From Lama glama (taxonomy: Eukaryota): a stretch of 64,000 nt of DNA. This document shows positions 27,222-40,968 of this stretch, in pieces; the first letter of the stretch is position 1; each line of letters starts with the position of its first letter. The notes under the pieces are model-generated. The model was not told the DNA's origin. It did no database searches and worked only from the letters and a program-made list of their open reading frames with translations. Both the position numbers and the translations under genes were made by a program. Location: positions 4,900,001-4,964,000 of the forward strand of contig CM052818.1 of assembly GCA_028534125.1 (NCBI GenBank). The letters are read 5' to 3'.

Positions 27222-27868
27222 AACTCTGAAGGACACTTGGCATGACAGTAAAATCTGTAGAAATTCACTGACCAATGATTTAAACTGGATACACAGATTA
27301 AAAAGTTAAAAAAAAAATCTGTGCACATTCAGATATTTGCAAAAATCCTAACTTTTGTCATCAGCTGTCTCAGATACTATCACTGGCCACTGGATTAACT
27401 TTTTCAACTTTCTTCCGGGTGTGTGATGCGCTGTAGAACTATCCCAAGATAGCTACTTGTAGTTTTCTTACAAGTGTGCAAAAATGTCTATTTCCATTTC
27501 TCTAATATAATTGAGGGGTTTTCCAGGTAGCTTAGATATGTTGATTACTTCTAAGACTGACAAAATACATACCAACTGATGTGTGGATTTATGTCAAATG
27601 CTGAAACTATCTTGAAAGTAATTCACTCTTTGATGGTGCAGAAATTACTTTAGATCTCTATTGAAATTCTGTCCTCATTATGGACATCAATTATCATCAG
27701 ATTGTAAAATAGATGGAAAGGGATAAGGGGATTTGGTACATTTTCTCCCCCTTCTTCCCACCACACAATGTGTGCAGGAGGTTGTCATTTTTATGGATTC
27801 TCACAGCAACTTACCTCTTTCTGTTTCTCATACTAGATGGATGGAGGAAAGAGTCCGTTCCCTCCTCG

Positions 27869-28204
27869 TGTGTCAGAGTCTATTCTGGCTGCTATAACAA
27901 AACACCACAAACAGAGGAGCTTTCCAAACCACAGAAGTTTCTTTCAGTTCTGGCTGCTGAGAAGTAAAAGATCATGGCTCTGACAGACTGGGTGTCTGTT
28001 GAGGACCCGCTTTCTGGTTCAAGATGGCACCTTCTTGTTGTGCCTTTGCTTGATTGGAAGAAGCTAGAGAACTATCTGGAGCCTCTTTAATAAGACATCA
28101 ATCCTATTCACGAGGTCTCCACTCTTATGATGTAAGCCCCTCCCAAAGACCCGACGTCCGAATACCATCATCTTTAGGGGGGCACAAACATTCAGACCAT
28201 AGCA
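27869..28204 (-). mobile_element. MaLR solo LTR (MLT1A-like)
   Basis: GGCTGCTATAACAAAACACCACA..CAGTTCTGG..GAGGACCCGCTTTCTGGTTC..ACAAACATTCAGACCATAGCA. Confidence 0.8.
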
Positions 28205-28785
28205 TTCCACCATGCCAATCAATTATTTGTGCTTTCTAGTTGTTTAAATCTCAGATAGTTGGGGTTCCCCACCTTTGGCCTCCTCTGAAATACTATTGAA
28301 GTTGCTCGCTCTGATTCCAAATGAAACTCCTATTAGAACTTCCTCAGTTGACCCCACCTCGGATGTGGGCCCTTTCAGGTAAAAGCAGGTGGACTTTAAC
28401 GTCATGTCCCTTTTACATCTATTATTAGATCCCACCCTCAGAAATCTAAATGCAGAGTGACAGCTCCAACAATTGTACGGATGGAGACATGGAAGCACCA
28501 ATACATGAAATGTTCTACCCAAGGCTGCTCAGAGCTGGAGGAATAAAAACCACCTGCAGCCCCTGACACTGGCTCGAGTTCCTTGCACAGGATCAGATGG
28601 CCTTCTGGGAGCTGGGCTGGAAAGTGAACTCCTAGAGAACTTGAATTCCCCGACGATGTGATGAAATGCCTGTGGATTCCATCTTCATGCCAGAGTCCCA
28701 GTCCTCTGTAAAAGAGGCAGTGAAGGGTGGAAACTTTGAGGGTTAGTCACTTTCTTCTTCTCCTGGATGCTACTGCTCCTGAGAA

Positions 28786-29301
28786 TGTAATAGGGAAGAA
28801 CAAATCTGACTCCATCTTAGATCTGTTCCTTTAACTCTAACCCTGTGCTCTTTCCTGTGCTTAGGCAGGCTGGTTCTGCACCTTTTGCAAAAGAATGGTA
28901 CCTATAGCCTGAAACAGACAGGAGAGCCCATTCACAAAGCTCTGACATTCAAAGGTGTAACACTTTTCCATTCATAAAGAGATAAAAAGTTGCAAAACAG
29001 AGAACAACATTTGTCTTGTTGGAGGTTTACAGGAACATCATGACCTGACCTAACGGACAGCTGCAAGAACAAAGGATTCTGACACCAAGAAGTTGGCAAC
29101 AAGCAACCACACGTCCTGCCCTTTTTAGCAACAAGGAGCTTGAATTCTGACTTGGGTAGGGTGTTTCTCCAGGACGTTAGTCTGCCATCTTCTCGGTCTG
29201 CTGTCTTTCCTAATAAAGTCATTTTTCCTTGCCCCAACACCTCGTCTCCCAATTTATTAGCCTGTTGTGTGGCGAGCAGAACGAGTTTGGACTTGGTAAC
29301 A
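28786..29301 (+). mobile_element. ERV1-class solo LTR (MER41-like), copy 1
   Basis: TG...CA termini, 4-bp TSD AGAA/AGAA, AATAAA at 29212; homologous to the copies at 38592 and 60995. Confidence 0.88.
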
Positions 29302-30728
29302 AGAAGGGGATCTCCTCTCCTGGGATCCTCTTCCTCCGTCAGGGCCTAAGATGGGGGGTGGGGTGTACTCAAGAGCAGCACTGGAGCTGACCTTGTGCCT
29401 GTGTTTCTCTGTGGGGTGAACTGGGTTATTGGCATCCGGGGCCACGTTCTGATTCCCCCGTGCGACAGCAGCAGGTTCTTCTCCCCACCGCCACTCAATG
29501 GAGCTGGCCTGAGACCAATTCCAAAATTAAACATTTGTTTGCCAAACATGCGCAGCTGTAATCGGCCTGCTGCTGGTTTGCTGTGTAGCATGCCACCTGC
29601 TAACTCCCTTTCCAGAGAAAAAGAGCTGGGAGAGGAGCTTACTGAGGACAAAGTTCAGAAAACAAGTTGAGATCTCTTTCCATCTCTATGCTGCCTTCTG
29701 CCAAAGTCTCCAGTTTGCCCCCAAAAGGGCCCTGCAAATTTGCTTATGGTTTGGCTATCCGTTGGAGCAGAGAAACTGCTTTATGTTTTCCAAATGACAG
29801 AAAGTGACATATCAGTTTCTTTTCAAAGGCTTTGGGGTTTTTTTTTTTTGCTGTTGTTTTGTTTTTGTTTTTGGCTAGGGGTAGGGATTTGTTTAAAGAA
29901 GATGGGGTCAAACCATCCTTGTTATGACAGTTATCTGGGTGACAAAGGAACAGACCTGCTGTCATTCAGGATGATAAATGTTAGATGAGAAATAAACTGT
30001 CCCCTAATTTTGCTGCCTGAAGGTGGAGAAAGGAAAGCCTAAATGTGGTTGAAGTTGGACAGAACCCAAAAATCTAGAGATACTTCTGAAAAGTTTTCTT
30101 ACAGCTTTGGCAGTACTTTTTCACTTGCCTGAGGCCATTTCCTCTGATCTTATAATGTATTGTTTTCTAAGAGAAATTTCATAAAAGAAAGTCTTTTTTA
30201 ATAGCCCAACTGAAGTTAGTGTGATGAAAACAATAAAAATTCTTGTTTCAAGTGATTTTTTTTTTTCTCCACTTCTAGGACAACCAGGGGAATAAGATCA
30301 CAAAATGGACAGCAGCCCAGAGCTTATGATTGCCAAGGTCAAGTGACCTTTAAAGGTCCAGAGGTTCAAAATCATCACACCCAGGTTTAAAGCCAGGACA
30401 CTTGCTTCGGTGGGGTCCTTCTGGAGTGGAATCTCCATCTAGTTGGAGGGGCAATTTTGTGTCATCCAGCACGTGTTTACATATTTTTAAAGCTTACAAT
30501 ATCTATCCCACTTCCTTTTTCTGTCTTCAGATGCTACACTTTTTTCTTCACTGTTGTCTCCAGGTTCTAGAGTGTCCATGGTTTGCTTTGTTCAGTAGAT
30601 GATTATTTTTTGGTGGGGAGAAAAATGAATAAAAGCCAAGAGGAAGATTGAGAGATAAAAATCTGGGCAGAAAAAAATGGATTTTTATATTTTATGACAT
30701 AAATGAAGAATAAAGACTATTGTCAGAA

Positions 30729-30901
30729 ACTACTATATCTAAAATAGATAAACAACAAAGTCCTACTGTATAACACAATACAATTCAGTATCTTATAACC
30801 TATTATGAAAAAGAATGTGCATATATGTATATAACTGAATCACTATGTCGTACACAGAAATTGACACAATATTGTAGATTGACTACACTTCAATAATAAA
30901 G
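30729..30901 (+). mobile_element. 5'-truncated L1 3' end with TSD
   Basis: L1 3'UTR motifs; exact TSD GACTATTGTCAGAA at 30715-30728 and 30902-30915. Confidence 0.9.
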
Positions 30902-31249
30902 GACTATTGTCAGAATTCTAAAATTTCTGTTTTGAAGCCACCCCTTCCAGACAGACAGCAGGGTATTGATTTTTTTTTTCAGCTTTGTGCACACGGGGAG
31001 CAGAATGAATTAGTAGGGGACGATCTTGTATAGTTCCCTGACCAAACTCCCTAGGACACTGAGTCCTTCGTGTTTAGAGGAATCTCTTTATAAATTGACA
31101 GCCACTACTAGCTAAATGATTAGAAGGAGAGAAGAAATCTCTAGTCTCCTTAGGTCAGCTGGATACACTGTAGCAGAATAATTGGGTGATTATTATTCTT
31201 TCAGGGTTTTATTACTATCATCCCTTCAGGATAGTGTTACTAGCATAAG

Positions 31250-31920
31250 GCTTCCTATCTTTCCAGGATGTGCACCAGGCTAGTTGGACTTTTCTCTACA
31301 CCACAGCTTAAGACCCCTCTAGAACTCCGATTCTTAAGTCCCTTATTTAACCTGTAAGTGCTCTTTGGACTCTAACTTATCCTCCCAGGCTCATTTTTGA
31401 CTAAGGCTCCCAGACATTCCCCATCCACAAGAGATGACTTGTCATTTCCAAAATACATCCCGGGTTCTCTTGCCCAATTGTCTCTCTCCATCACTTCCTT
31501 TTTCTGATGGGCACGCTATTCTCCAACCAGCCCCTTGAACTGGTAAAATTCTGATCTATTGTTGAGATGAAATGTTACCTTTTCCTTTTTAACTGAGATA
31601 TCATTGACATATAATAATGTATTAGTTTTAGGTGTACACCATAATGATTTGATGTATAAATATTTATTTCAAAATTTTAACTCATAAAACAACCTGCAGT
31701 CCTTTCGAATGGACATAACCCCTTGTTTTTGGTGTCACTGAACCTTCCATGGCGCTCATGCTATCACGGGATGTTATCGACGTGCATGGTTATCTTCTCT
31801 CGCTAAGCAGGTGGCTCCCTGAGAGAAGGCTCCAGAGTGACCTTACTCACCTTGTATCTCCCACTCTTCCTACCACCAAGCCCGCCATGCTGCACACACT
31901 CCACATGTTTGTTAAAATTA
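31250..31920 (+). mobile_element. Degraded L2 with an embedded minus-strand L1 3' fragment (~31580-31680)
   Basis: L2-like 3' motifs (CTCCCTGAGAGAAGG..TTGTATCTCCCA); L1 motif TTGACATATAATAATGTATTAGTTTTAGGTGTACA. Confidence 0.45.
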
Positions 31921-34900
31921 AATTGAAAGTGATAAAAAAAAAACACATTGTTAATGATCAGGTAGGTCTATTAAAAGAGCATAATACAGAAATATACTAA
32001 AAGGAGAATAGGATATAAAAAACAGCAAGACCCTTGGGAGACTCAAGAGACACAGAAAGCAACTCTCCCAAGAGAGAGTAGGGGAAAAAAAAAAAAAAGA
32101 AGAAAACAAAAAGAGGAAGAAAATGATGAGTTTAAAAAAAAGTAAAGTGAGTTTCTCTAGCTTTTCAATAGGCTTGGCCATGATTTTTTGATGGGGAATT
32201 ACAGGCTGGACTCTAGGTGGGAAGGACTCACATCCTTCTCCATGAAGAGAGGATGGTCCATAGAACCGCGGGAGGTATGAACACCCCGGCTCTCAGCTGG
32301 TGACGGTGAGGTTGCCAACCACAGGTGGTGGGTTTCTCACGGAAGGAAACGACAAAGCATGAATGGGAGCATGCAACAGCACCTCCCTAGGCTTTTCAAG
32401 CATGTTAAGGAAATAGCTTTATAGACTGAGATGGGCCAGGAATGTTCGGGCATAAGCTGTATACTATATATAAATATTTATGGAACCACAAATGCAGCGC
32501 GGGTAGAAACGGTGAAAAAGGTGGACACCTCTGCTGGGTACATTTGCCCCATAATATTTTGTACTAATCAAACATCCTGTTATAGATTTATGGTAAGAAA
32601 ATTATATTTCAGGTATTCCCAAGAGTGCCAGGAAAGAGAATATGCCACCAGTCAGAATTCTGCAAAATTAATCACTTAGGGAAATCAATGAAATTATGCC
32701 TGAATGAAAGTATTACATATAAAAAAAACAAATCTACAACTTCTGCCCCAGTCTTTGAAAATTAGGTCTGTATTTGAACATCTTTCTGGGACGTACGTCT
32801 GAGAGTCGGGGTAAGTGAGTTCTGCCACCAAAGTTGAGTGGCTTCAAACGTCTCCCACGGAGGGGATGGGACGGGGCACCAGAGCCTTCGACCAGGTGGT
32901 CTATGTCTTGAGCCTGAGGAAGAAAGACAAGCCACGGTCGGCTGTTTTCCACACTGTGATTTATTCCTTCATCTACCAGAGTCCCAGCTCAGGACCTGAC
33001 CGATAGCAGGTATACAATAAATATTGACTGTGTTCATGAATAAGTGGCAGCCATTTAATTGAGAGCGCAGGAATGTGAAGTCTATAAATGCACACTGTTG
33101 TTGGGCGTGGTTATGGGCTGTCTGTCCTCAGGTGAGAAACCCATAGGTCTTTAGCACCTGAATACTGTGGGAAGGAGAGATTTCTGCTCTCAGAGTTTAT
33201 ATTTTAGAGTCTTATTGCTCAAAGTGAGCCAAGGTTAAGACATCGCAGGAGAATTAATCACCATATGCTCAAAAATCGGAGCGGGGAATGGGGAAGACAT
33301 TTTGGATGCACATGGATATAAAGTAGAGTAAAATGCAAAATTCATGAGAAAATAAAACCTGGGACCTCAGGGAAGTCTGACTTGTCTGTAAACCCCCAAC
33401 TTTTGCATTCAGAGTGCCTTTAAGGAGCGTCTACTGGAAACGCATGAAAGAGGTCTACTCTGGCATATAATCCATGCTGGGAGGGCAACAGGCTTTGTTT
33501 TCTAGGCTCGTGGGTCTTTTGGAAATATTGCCCTTTTTCCAGATCACCAGAACCCTTCAAGGCTTCTCAAGTTCCATCTTCCGTCATTCTCACTTCCGCC
33601 CAACCAATGCACAGAGAGAGGAAGGCAAAATTTGGTGGGTATTATCTGAATGTTTCAAACCCCAACCACACGGATCAGAATAGTCCTGGCAGAACTGCCT
33701 TTTTGCACTTAGAATCAAGACAAAAGCCTACGATGAGGTGATACATTTTGGAGACAAGAAATATTCAAAAGAAAACATTAGTTTCCTTGTATTTAGCAAG
33801 TATCTCCTGGATGGATCTTTGTGCATCTCAAGCCTTCAGGCACCACACCCTCCAAGCCTTTTTTCCCTTTTATTCTACCCGAGACATAACTGCCTTAGTT
33901 CAGCCTACACTTCCCTGTTTCTAAAGCGTTTCTGATACTGCTCCAGGACCAACGGATACAAAAACGCAGAAAATAATCCCTGCCTAATGGCAACTTCCAT
34001 TTTAACTGGGTGACGGTTATAGTCTCAAATGATTTCAACATAGTAAGCCCTGAGGTAGAGGTATGAACCTGCTGTTATTTCTCTAGTGTTGAGGCTACAA
34101 ACTTCTGCCTCTAGGTCGGTGGCGTTAGATGCTTTCTTCCCCGTGATTCTTTTCTCCCCAGGTGCTTTTACACTCCCTAAAGGCGGTGGCCATGTGCTTG
34201 CAACTTCCCCATTTCTCTTCCAGATGACATTCTCAATAAATGCTGATTGAAATGGTTCTAGACCCACTGTTGACAACGCAGTCACTTTCCTATTGGCTTT
34301 TTATACAGTTCTCACAGTTTAGACCTTGGATTCACTAGGAGAAAGAAAAGGAGACCCCAAATTCAGATTGGCTAGCAGATTTGTCATTTGGCATCATCTG
34401 AAAGACCAGAATGATCTTTTGAGTTCCACGGGGACTTAATTGAGGCGTTCTGTTGACTGTTCATTACCACGGGGTTGTTTAAGTGGCAAGGAGCATGTAT
34501 AGTGTTTAATGTGATCTTAAACATTACTCTCTACAGTGAACCAGAAGGGGGGCACCAGCGCTAGAGTTGCTGTTTAATGATGTATGAAAGAGCTACGTGG
34601 TAAAGCGCACCATTAAGAAAAGCTGAAACCAGCGCCGAACAATGACCTGATGATATAATTGAGAACTTCGTGGCCAAAGCCACGTCTCCTGATTTGGAGA
34701 GTGATGGGTGTCAAGGGCCCTTGCAGAGTAAAGAAACTAAGGCGAATCCAGGAAGCAGAGGAGCGGAGGGATGTGGGGTTGGCAAAGGAAGTGATTTGAT
34801 GAGACGGGGCTTGTGCGCGCATGCGTCCATGAAGCCTCTTGCCATCCAGTCCGGTCCCGGCTCTTTTTCAAATCTCCTTTCTTATTAATCTAAAAAAGCA

Positions 34901-36324
34901 AGCCCACAAACTCAAAGAACAAACCGAGACCCTGGTCAACAAAAATAATCTGTATTAGTTTAAATGGCATATGGTAAGCAATCTTGGTTCCTTCAAAGAG
35001 ATGCCCAAAGCAAAACTACTACTACTATTATTTTTCTGCTTTCACAAACATAGGCTGGTAATTGCACTCACACCTTTGGCTCAGAAATGCTTCCTGCAAC
35101 GTGAGACCACAGATTTATCTATATGGTTCTAATAGGTGGCTTATAAACAGCTGTAAGTTTAGAAACTACAATGGATTTTATGTCCTCCCAAGACGATTTG
35201 ATTGGTCTTAAAAAAAAAAAAAAGAAAAGAAAAAGAAAACTGTTAAAGAATTATCAAGTCTGTATCGGCTTGTTTAGTGGAAGGAGAGTTCCAAGGTCTG
35301 TCCCTTCATAATTTCTGTCTATTGAGTGTGCTTACTGTCTGCCGAATAAGAGTCTCATGGATCGCCAATTATAAGTATTTCCTGATAGGGCAGGAGTAAG
35401 TCCATAACAGGATGTTCTCCAGGTTTTACCTGAACATCTCTTAGACTCTTTCTGCTGCTTCGTATAGATTCAGCCAGTCAATTGAATTGAACCCAGCAAG
35501 GAAACATGTTTCCTCATCTTGAAACACTGAGAGCAGGGTTGGTGAGACTCCACATAGAATGATGTTTAGAAAGATATGGCAAGAAAGTAAATGTTTTCTT
35601 CTCTTTTCTTTTTCCAAATGAGTTATACTTAAGAGAAATATATTGGCTTGGAAGGTAGGAGATCTAACTTTACTTTGAGTCTGTCAGGGAAGGTACAGGA
35701 TGTGAAGTTGGCACCAGATCTGAAGGAGCCGATTTTAAAGGCAGAGAGGGAAACAGAAGGGGGTGCTGGGTGAGGATAAGCCTGAGCAAGTGAGCAGAGG
35801 GAGGGGAGCTCCAGATGGGTTCTGGAAACAGGAAACCTACACAAACCAGATTGCCTGGAGCAGATGCTATGTGCGTGTTGCAGGCTTGTTTACCACGGAG
35901 GGAGGCATAGGTTAGGGCATGATGTATCAGGCTAAGGAGTTAGCATTTTACGCGAAGTCCAAGCTATGGTCTATTGCTAAGGTATTTCAAGATGGCATTG
36001 GTGAATAACAATGGAGTGTTTATAATTTTTCACCCCAGAGTTTGAAAATTGGCCCCTATTTCAAATATTTCTCCTTTAGGCAGATGGAACATTTGACTCT
36101 TTACACTTTTTGTCACTGTTTATACAGAGCGCATTATTTATTATTTATTTATGTACTTATTTATTTTCTTAGGTTGATTTTTAAATATAGTCCTACTATA
36201 TACTAAGCCTGGTCAAATCTGTTGGTAGAGATGGAAAAGTCAGTGTTTCTGGGATGAGGAAATTTATTTGGAGGTGGGAAGAAATCTCAAGAGGAAAAGG
36301 ACTTGGATATTACTGAGTTTGCTT

Positions 36325-36496
36325 TCTATTTTTCTTTTCTCTTTTGTTTTTTTTAATTTATTTTTTTTATTGACGTATAGTCAGTTTACAATGTTGTGTC
36401 AATTTCTGGTGTACAGCACAAGGCTTCAGTCATACATGAACATACATATATTCGTTTTCATAGTCTTTTTCACTGTAAGTTACTACAGGATATTTA
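36325..36496 (-). mobile_element. Young L1 3' end fragment
   Basis: TTTATTGACGTATAGTCAGTTTACAATGTTGTGTCAATTTCTGGTGTACAGCA; same family as the copies at 992 and 58159. Confidence 0.85.
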
Positions 36497-36620
36497 ATTC
36501 TTTTTTAACGGAAGTGAAGAGGCACTTAGCTTTGTTTGTTTGTTTATTTAATGGAGGTACTGGGGATTGAACCCAGGATGTCTAGCATGCACTGGACCAC
36601 TGAGCTGTACCCTCCTCCCT
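36497..36620 (-). mobile_element. Vic-1-like tRNA-derived SINE
   Basis: Reverse complement reads GGGAGGAGGGTACAGCTCAGTGG..CCTGGGTTCAATCCCCAGTACCTCCATTAAATAAACAAAC. Confidence 0.85.
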
Positions 36621-38591
36621 TACTTTTATTTTCTGTCGGAACTGAATATCCATTGGTGAATGGGTCACATAAAGAAAAAAATCTGATTGTATTGTATTCC
36701 ATGGAGGAGTGTTTATGTTCTGGCCAAGCTGAATGGACCCCAAAGTACCGTATCCTTTGTGTGTGAGACTCAGAAGCACAATGAATCAAATCCTCATCTT
36801 GCTCTCAACTTCCATGGTCCCTACGAAGATGTTTACTTTAAAGGAAGAGCTAGTTTATGTTACTCTGAAAATCTAAATCAAGCCAAATTGTCAGGGCATA
36901 GTAGGTTAGAAAGGAGCTGATAGACATCAAAGAATATATAGCATTACATAATCAAAGAGCTTGACTTATCTCATTCTTAAAATTAATTGGAGGTTTTATA
37001 TCCTTGCCCCAAGCATAGGGGATTGAGGCATCCACAGTTGCGCAGATAACACTTGAACAAAGTGCAGAAGGCCTAGAAATCTGGCAGATACTGGACAAAC
37101 TCAGGCTGCCCAGGTTTTGCCTCGTATTTGCTACCCCGTCAGTCATTTTTTATGTACTTGGATCTAAAGAATTCGATGCTTGCTCCCTGTGAAATAATTA
37201 TTTCAGAACTAAGACTATTTTTGTATTTCCCTAAGATGCCTATGAGAGCTAAAAATAGTGGCTAATGTGTACACTTGAAATTCCAAAACCATAAACCTGA
37301 AATCCCTATTTTGCCTTATTTCGCTTTTCTTGTCAAGTTCATGTCTCTCTTCCTCTGCTCTCCACCCCTTCCTCTCCCTTCTTTTCATTCCAGTGTTTCT
37401 CCATTTATTCAAACCCCACGCCTTTATGTACTTTACCTGAGAAGAGAGAAAAATGAGCCCCAATTTTTTTAACTGGGGGGGGCAAATGTTAGCTTTTTGG
37501 TATAGAGCCACCAAAGGGAAAGGTTGCACCTTGCTCTCTGCCCATAGAAGCATCCACACTAGGCAATTTTCACATTCCAAAGGTTGCCACGTAATGTTTC
37601 TTGCCTTCTGATTCCATCTAAATTCATAGAAATCAGAAGTCTACACATTCCTTGGACTAAAGAGTGAGTTTTTGACCTTTACTATCTTCCAGAAAATCCT
37701 TAGTTCTAAGGAACTAACAGCCAATAGTTAATATATTATCCGTCCAGAAGTAGATGAACTTTAGACAATGTTTCTTGAGAGTTTTCAGGAATGGCTCTAG
37801 GAATCACTCAGTTAGTGGGCTCAGATCAGGAGGTGAGAGTTTTTTGGGACAACCATACTTCCTGATCCTTCCGGGGCGCTTCCTGACTCGTGATTTGGGC
37901 CAGAAAGGATACTTCTCTCCTAGGGTCCTCCGTTCTCAGATACAGGGAGATGAGCTCAAATCCTCACTTTGAACAGGCAAGATGGGGTGACTGCTGAGAG
38001 GAGAGGTGGATCACCACCCAAAGCCAAGAGCTCAGGTTAAAATCCCTGTTCTGCTATGTGTAAGCAGCGTGTATCTGGGACCTCAGTGTGTATTTGTGGA
38101 CCTCAGTCATGACAGCAGGAAGCTTTTCGAAGCAGAGGGTCCAGACAATGTAACCTTGAGCTTCTCTGTCGTTCTAGGTCAGGGCCATAGTTTGGTGACA
38201 TCAGTGTTGCTGTGCACTGGAGAGTCCAACTCAGGGATGGTGCCTGCGTTGCCCCTGTGGGGTGTGTGCCAAGTGGCTCTACCTTTCAATTTGGATTTAA
38301 CCTCACAAACAATTTTCTTTTTACTCAATGAATCCCTGATGCACATGTGGCTCTACACAGGAATTTTTAAAGTCTTTCCCGAGGGCAAGTTCTGGTCTGC
38401 CCATCCAGCCCTGAACTAAATGAGTAATTATCCATATATAATGATCTGTATATTAACCCCTGAATCATACGATTGAGAACATCCTTAAGAGGCCTTGTAT
38501 TTTCCTACTGACACTCTTGCTTTCATATTTAAAATTTTCTTTATTGAGGACACGATCACTTTAGCTCTGGTCAATATCCTCGCCATCCTTC

Positions 38592-39100
38592 TGTTACCGA
38601 GTCCAAACTCGTTCTGCTCACTGTGCAACATGCCAATCAATCGGGAGATGAGGTGTTGAGGCAAGGGACAGTGACTTTATTCAGAAAACTGGCAAACCAA
38701 GAAGATGGCAGACTAATGTCCTGGAGAACCATCTTCCCCAAGTCAGAATTCAGGCTCCTTTTATACTAAAAAGGGGAGGGGTTATTCATGGTTGTTGCTA
38801 ACTTCTTGGTGTAGGAATCTTTTGTTCTTCAACTGTCCACTTAGGTCAGGTCATGGTGTCCCTCTAAAACCTCCAACAAAAGAAACATTATTTTCTATTC
38901 TGCAAATTGCTATCTTTATATGAATGGAAAAGTGCTAATATCCTTAAAGGACAGAGCCTTGAGAATGGGCTGTCCTGTCTATTTCAGGTTCAAGGCAACA
39001 TTCTTTGACAAAAGCAAGACTAAGCCTGGGAGGCAGAGCACAGGGGTAAAGTCAAAGGAACAGATCTAATATGGAGTCAGGTTTGTTCTTTTCTGTTACA
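38592..39100 (-). mobile_element. ERV1-class solo LTR (MER41-like), copy 2
   Basis: TG...CA termini, exact 4-bp TSD CTTC/CTTC; reverse-complement homology to copy 1. Confidence 0.88.
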
Positions 39101-40115
39101 CTTCAAAGGCAACACTTAAATGCCATGGGCCCCGTAAAGGCTGCTGGGATTTACCTAATCATACCCACCTTATCCCTACGCGTCAGACTTCTTGTAAGGA
39201 ACCCTCTTCCCTCTTGGGGCATCATTGTTTTTGGATGTTGCTGCTCCCTCCCTAATATCACATGCCTTTGCTTATTCATCTTTATCGGTCCTTCCTCTTG
39301 TTAGTGTGCTTTCTCTCCCCCCTCCCTCTCTTACTTCCTCCCACCTCTCACAAATACTCAGGCATCCATCACCCCCCCCACCCAGTGTTAGAATCTAAAC
39401 TCCTTCTTAGACTCAGTAGGAAGGACATATTTAATGTATTATTCTTCAAACACGTTCATGTGGTATATTTTTCTGTATAAATTGATAGCACATTTCACTG
39501 AAGGCCCCCTAGTGTCCCTCCTGGGAAAAACCCACCTGTTGTGCCCAAATGTACTTGCCCGATGCCCTCTGAATCACTGAGCACCAAACTCAGTCATGCT
39601 CACTGCCAAACCAAGAAATCCGAGCCTCTTTCCTGTCTACAGGTCATTTGACAGGATGTGAGGTTGGAATTTAACTTCCCCTGAGAGAGTAGTTTGAAGA
39701 TAAATAATAAAAGGGGTCACTGAGATAACAGGAGCAGCTCTAAGACACTGTCTAGAGAGGCCCTGAAGGAAAGCTGGGGACCAGGGGCGCTAGCTACCTA
39801 AGATGATAATTAACTCGCAAAATACAGGCGATGGGCGGATCTGCCTGTGCCATTTCCTCTCCTGTGCTTAAAGAAAGGCGAGCTTGAAGAATGCTCTGGA
39901 GGCTGGGACAGTCCTTCCCTAGAACCTGCATGGAAGATGAGGCCACTGCAACCCAGAGATCCTTTGTCCTGTTCATGTCCCCACCCCAGGAACTGGGCAG
40001 CCAGCCATGGAAGCTTGTGGCTGGTTATGAATCGTAGTCAAAGGAGGTACTTAGTGCTTTGAATGAGCTCCGTGGAAAAGCAACGGAAGGATTATCACTT
40101 GATCCAAGTCATGAT

Positions 40116-40334
40116 TTGTTACAACAGCCACAGGAACCTAATACAGTCACATATATGTGAGGTGCGAAAACACTCCAGGGAGAAGTTTGAGATGCACTGG
40201 CTTATGAGGCTTCCCATCTCAGAACAGAAACATTCACACATTTTACAAGGACCTTTTGGAAACTCAAAGCCTTAACCCAAATGCTTGACCTCAGAGGGAA
40301 GGATTGCAGAGCCATGTCAGGTGAGGGAAGAGAT
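40116..40334 (+). repeat. Left arm of a ~220-bp inverted duplication
   Basis: Reverse complement of 40969-41185 at about 90% identity by eye; the ORF track shows the shared peptide CYNSHRNLIQSHI..VRKHSREKFEMHW on opposite strands. Confidence 0.95.
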
Positions 40335-40968
40335 ATTGCTTTAAGCAGTAGAATAGGCCCAGGGTGGAACTGAGGGAGGAAATGGAGGGCCCAAGGGGGA
40401 ACAAAGTTAGTATCTGCTTCCATTTATTGAGTGCCTACTATATGCCAGGACTGTGTAAGCGCCTGCAAAATAAAAATCATTCTTTAGTAAAATGGGAGTT
40501 GTAGTGTCTACCCCTGAGAGTTGTTCTAAGGATCAAGTGGGTTATTTCATACTATTTTTGTCATCTGATAGGCCTTCATAAGTGACAGCAATTACTTTGT
40601 CCCTGTTTCATCTTCACCAAAGCACAGTGAGGTAAGTAGGATGTCTTTTGTCTCCTCAACCTGAAATCTTCAAGGTCTCATGCACCAAAAAATTATAATA
40701 AGTCTCCTGAATTCGTAACACATTATGATTTACATAATGCATTCACATATATTATCTCCCTTAATATTCAAATCCTACTTTTAGGGTAAGAATTCATTTC
40801 TCAGTTTTAGAGGTGACTATTCAAGATGGAGAGTCCTCAAATGACTCGTTCAAGGTCACGTGGGAAAGATGGGCTCCAACTCAGCAGAACGCGTTGGTGG
40901 AAAAGGCAGTGTCTGGAGAGTTATCATGGTAATGGCACTAAATTAGCCTCCTGCTCCCAGCTCAAAAC

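Noticed and set aside
34640..34695. C/D box snoRNA-like TGATGA...CTGA
   Set aside because: Boxes only about 45 nt apart and no terminal stem
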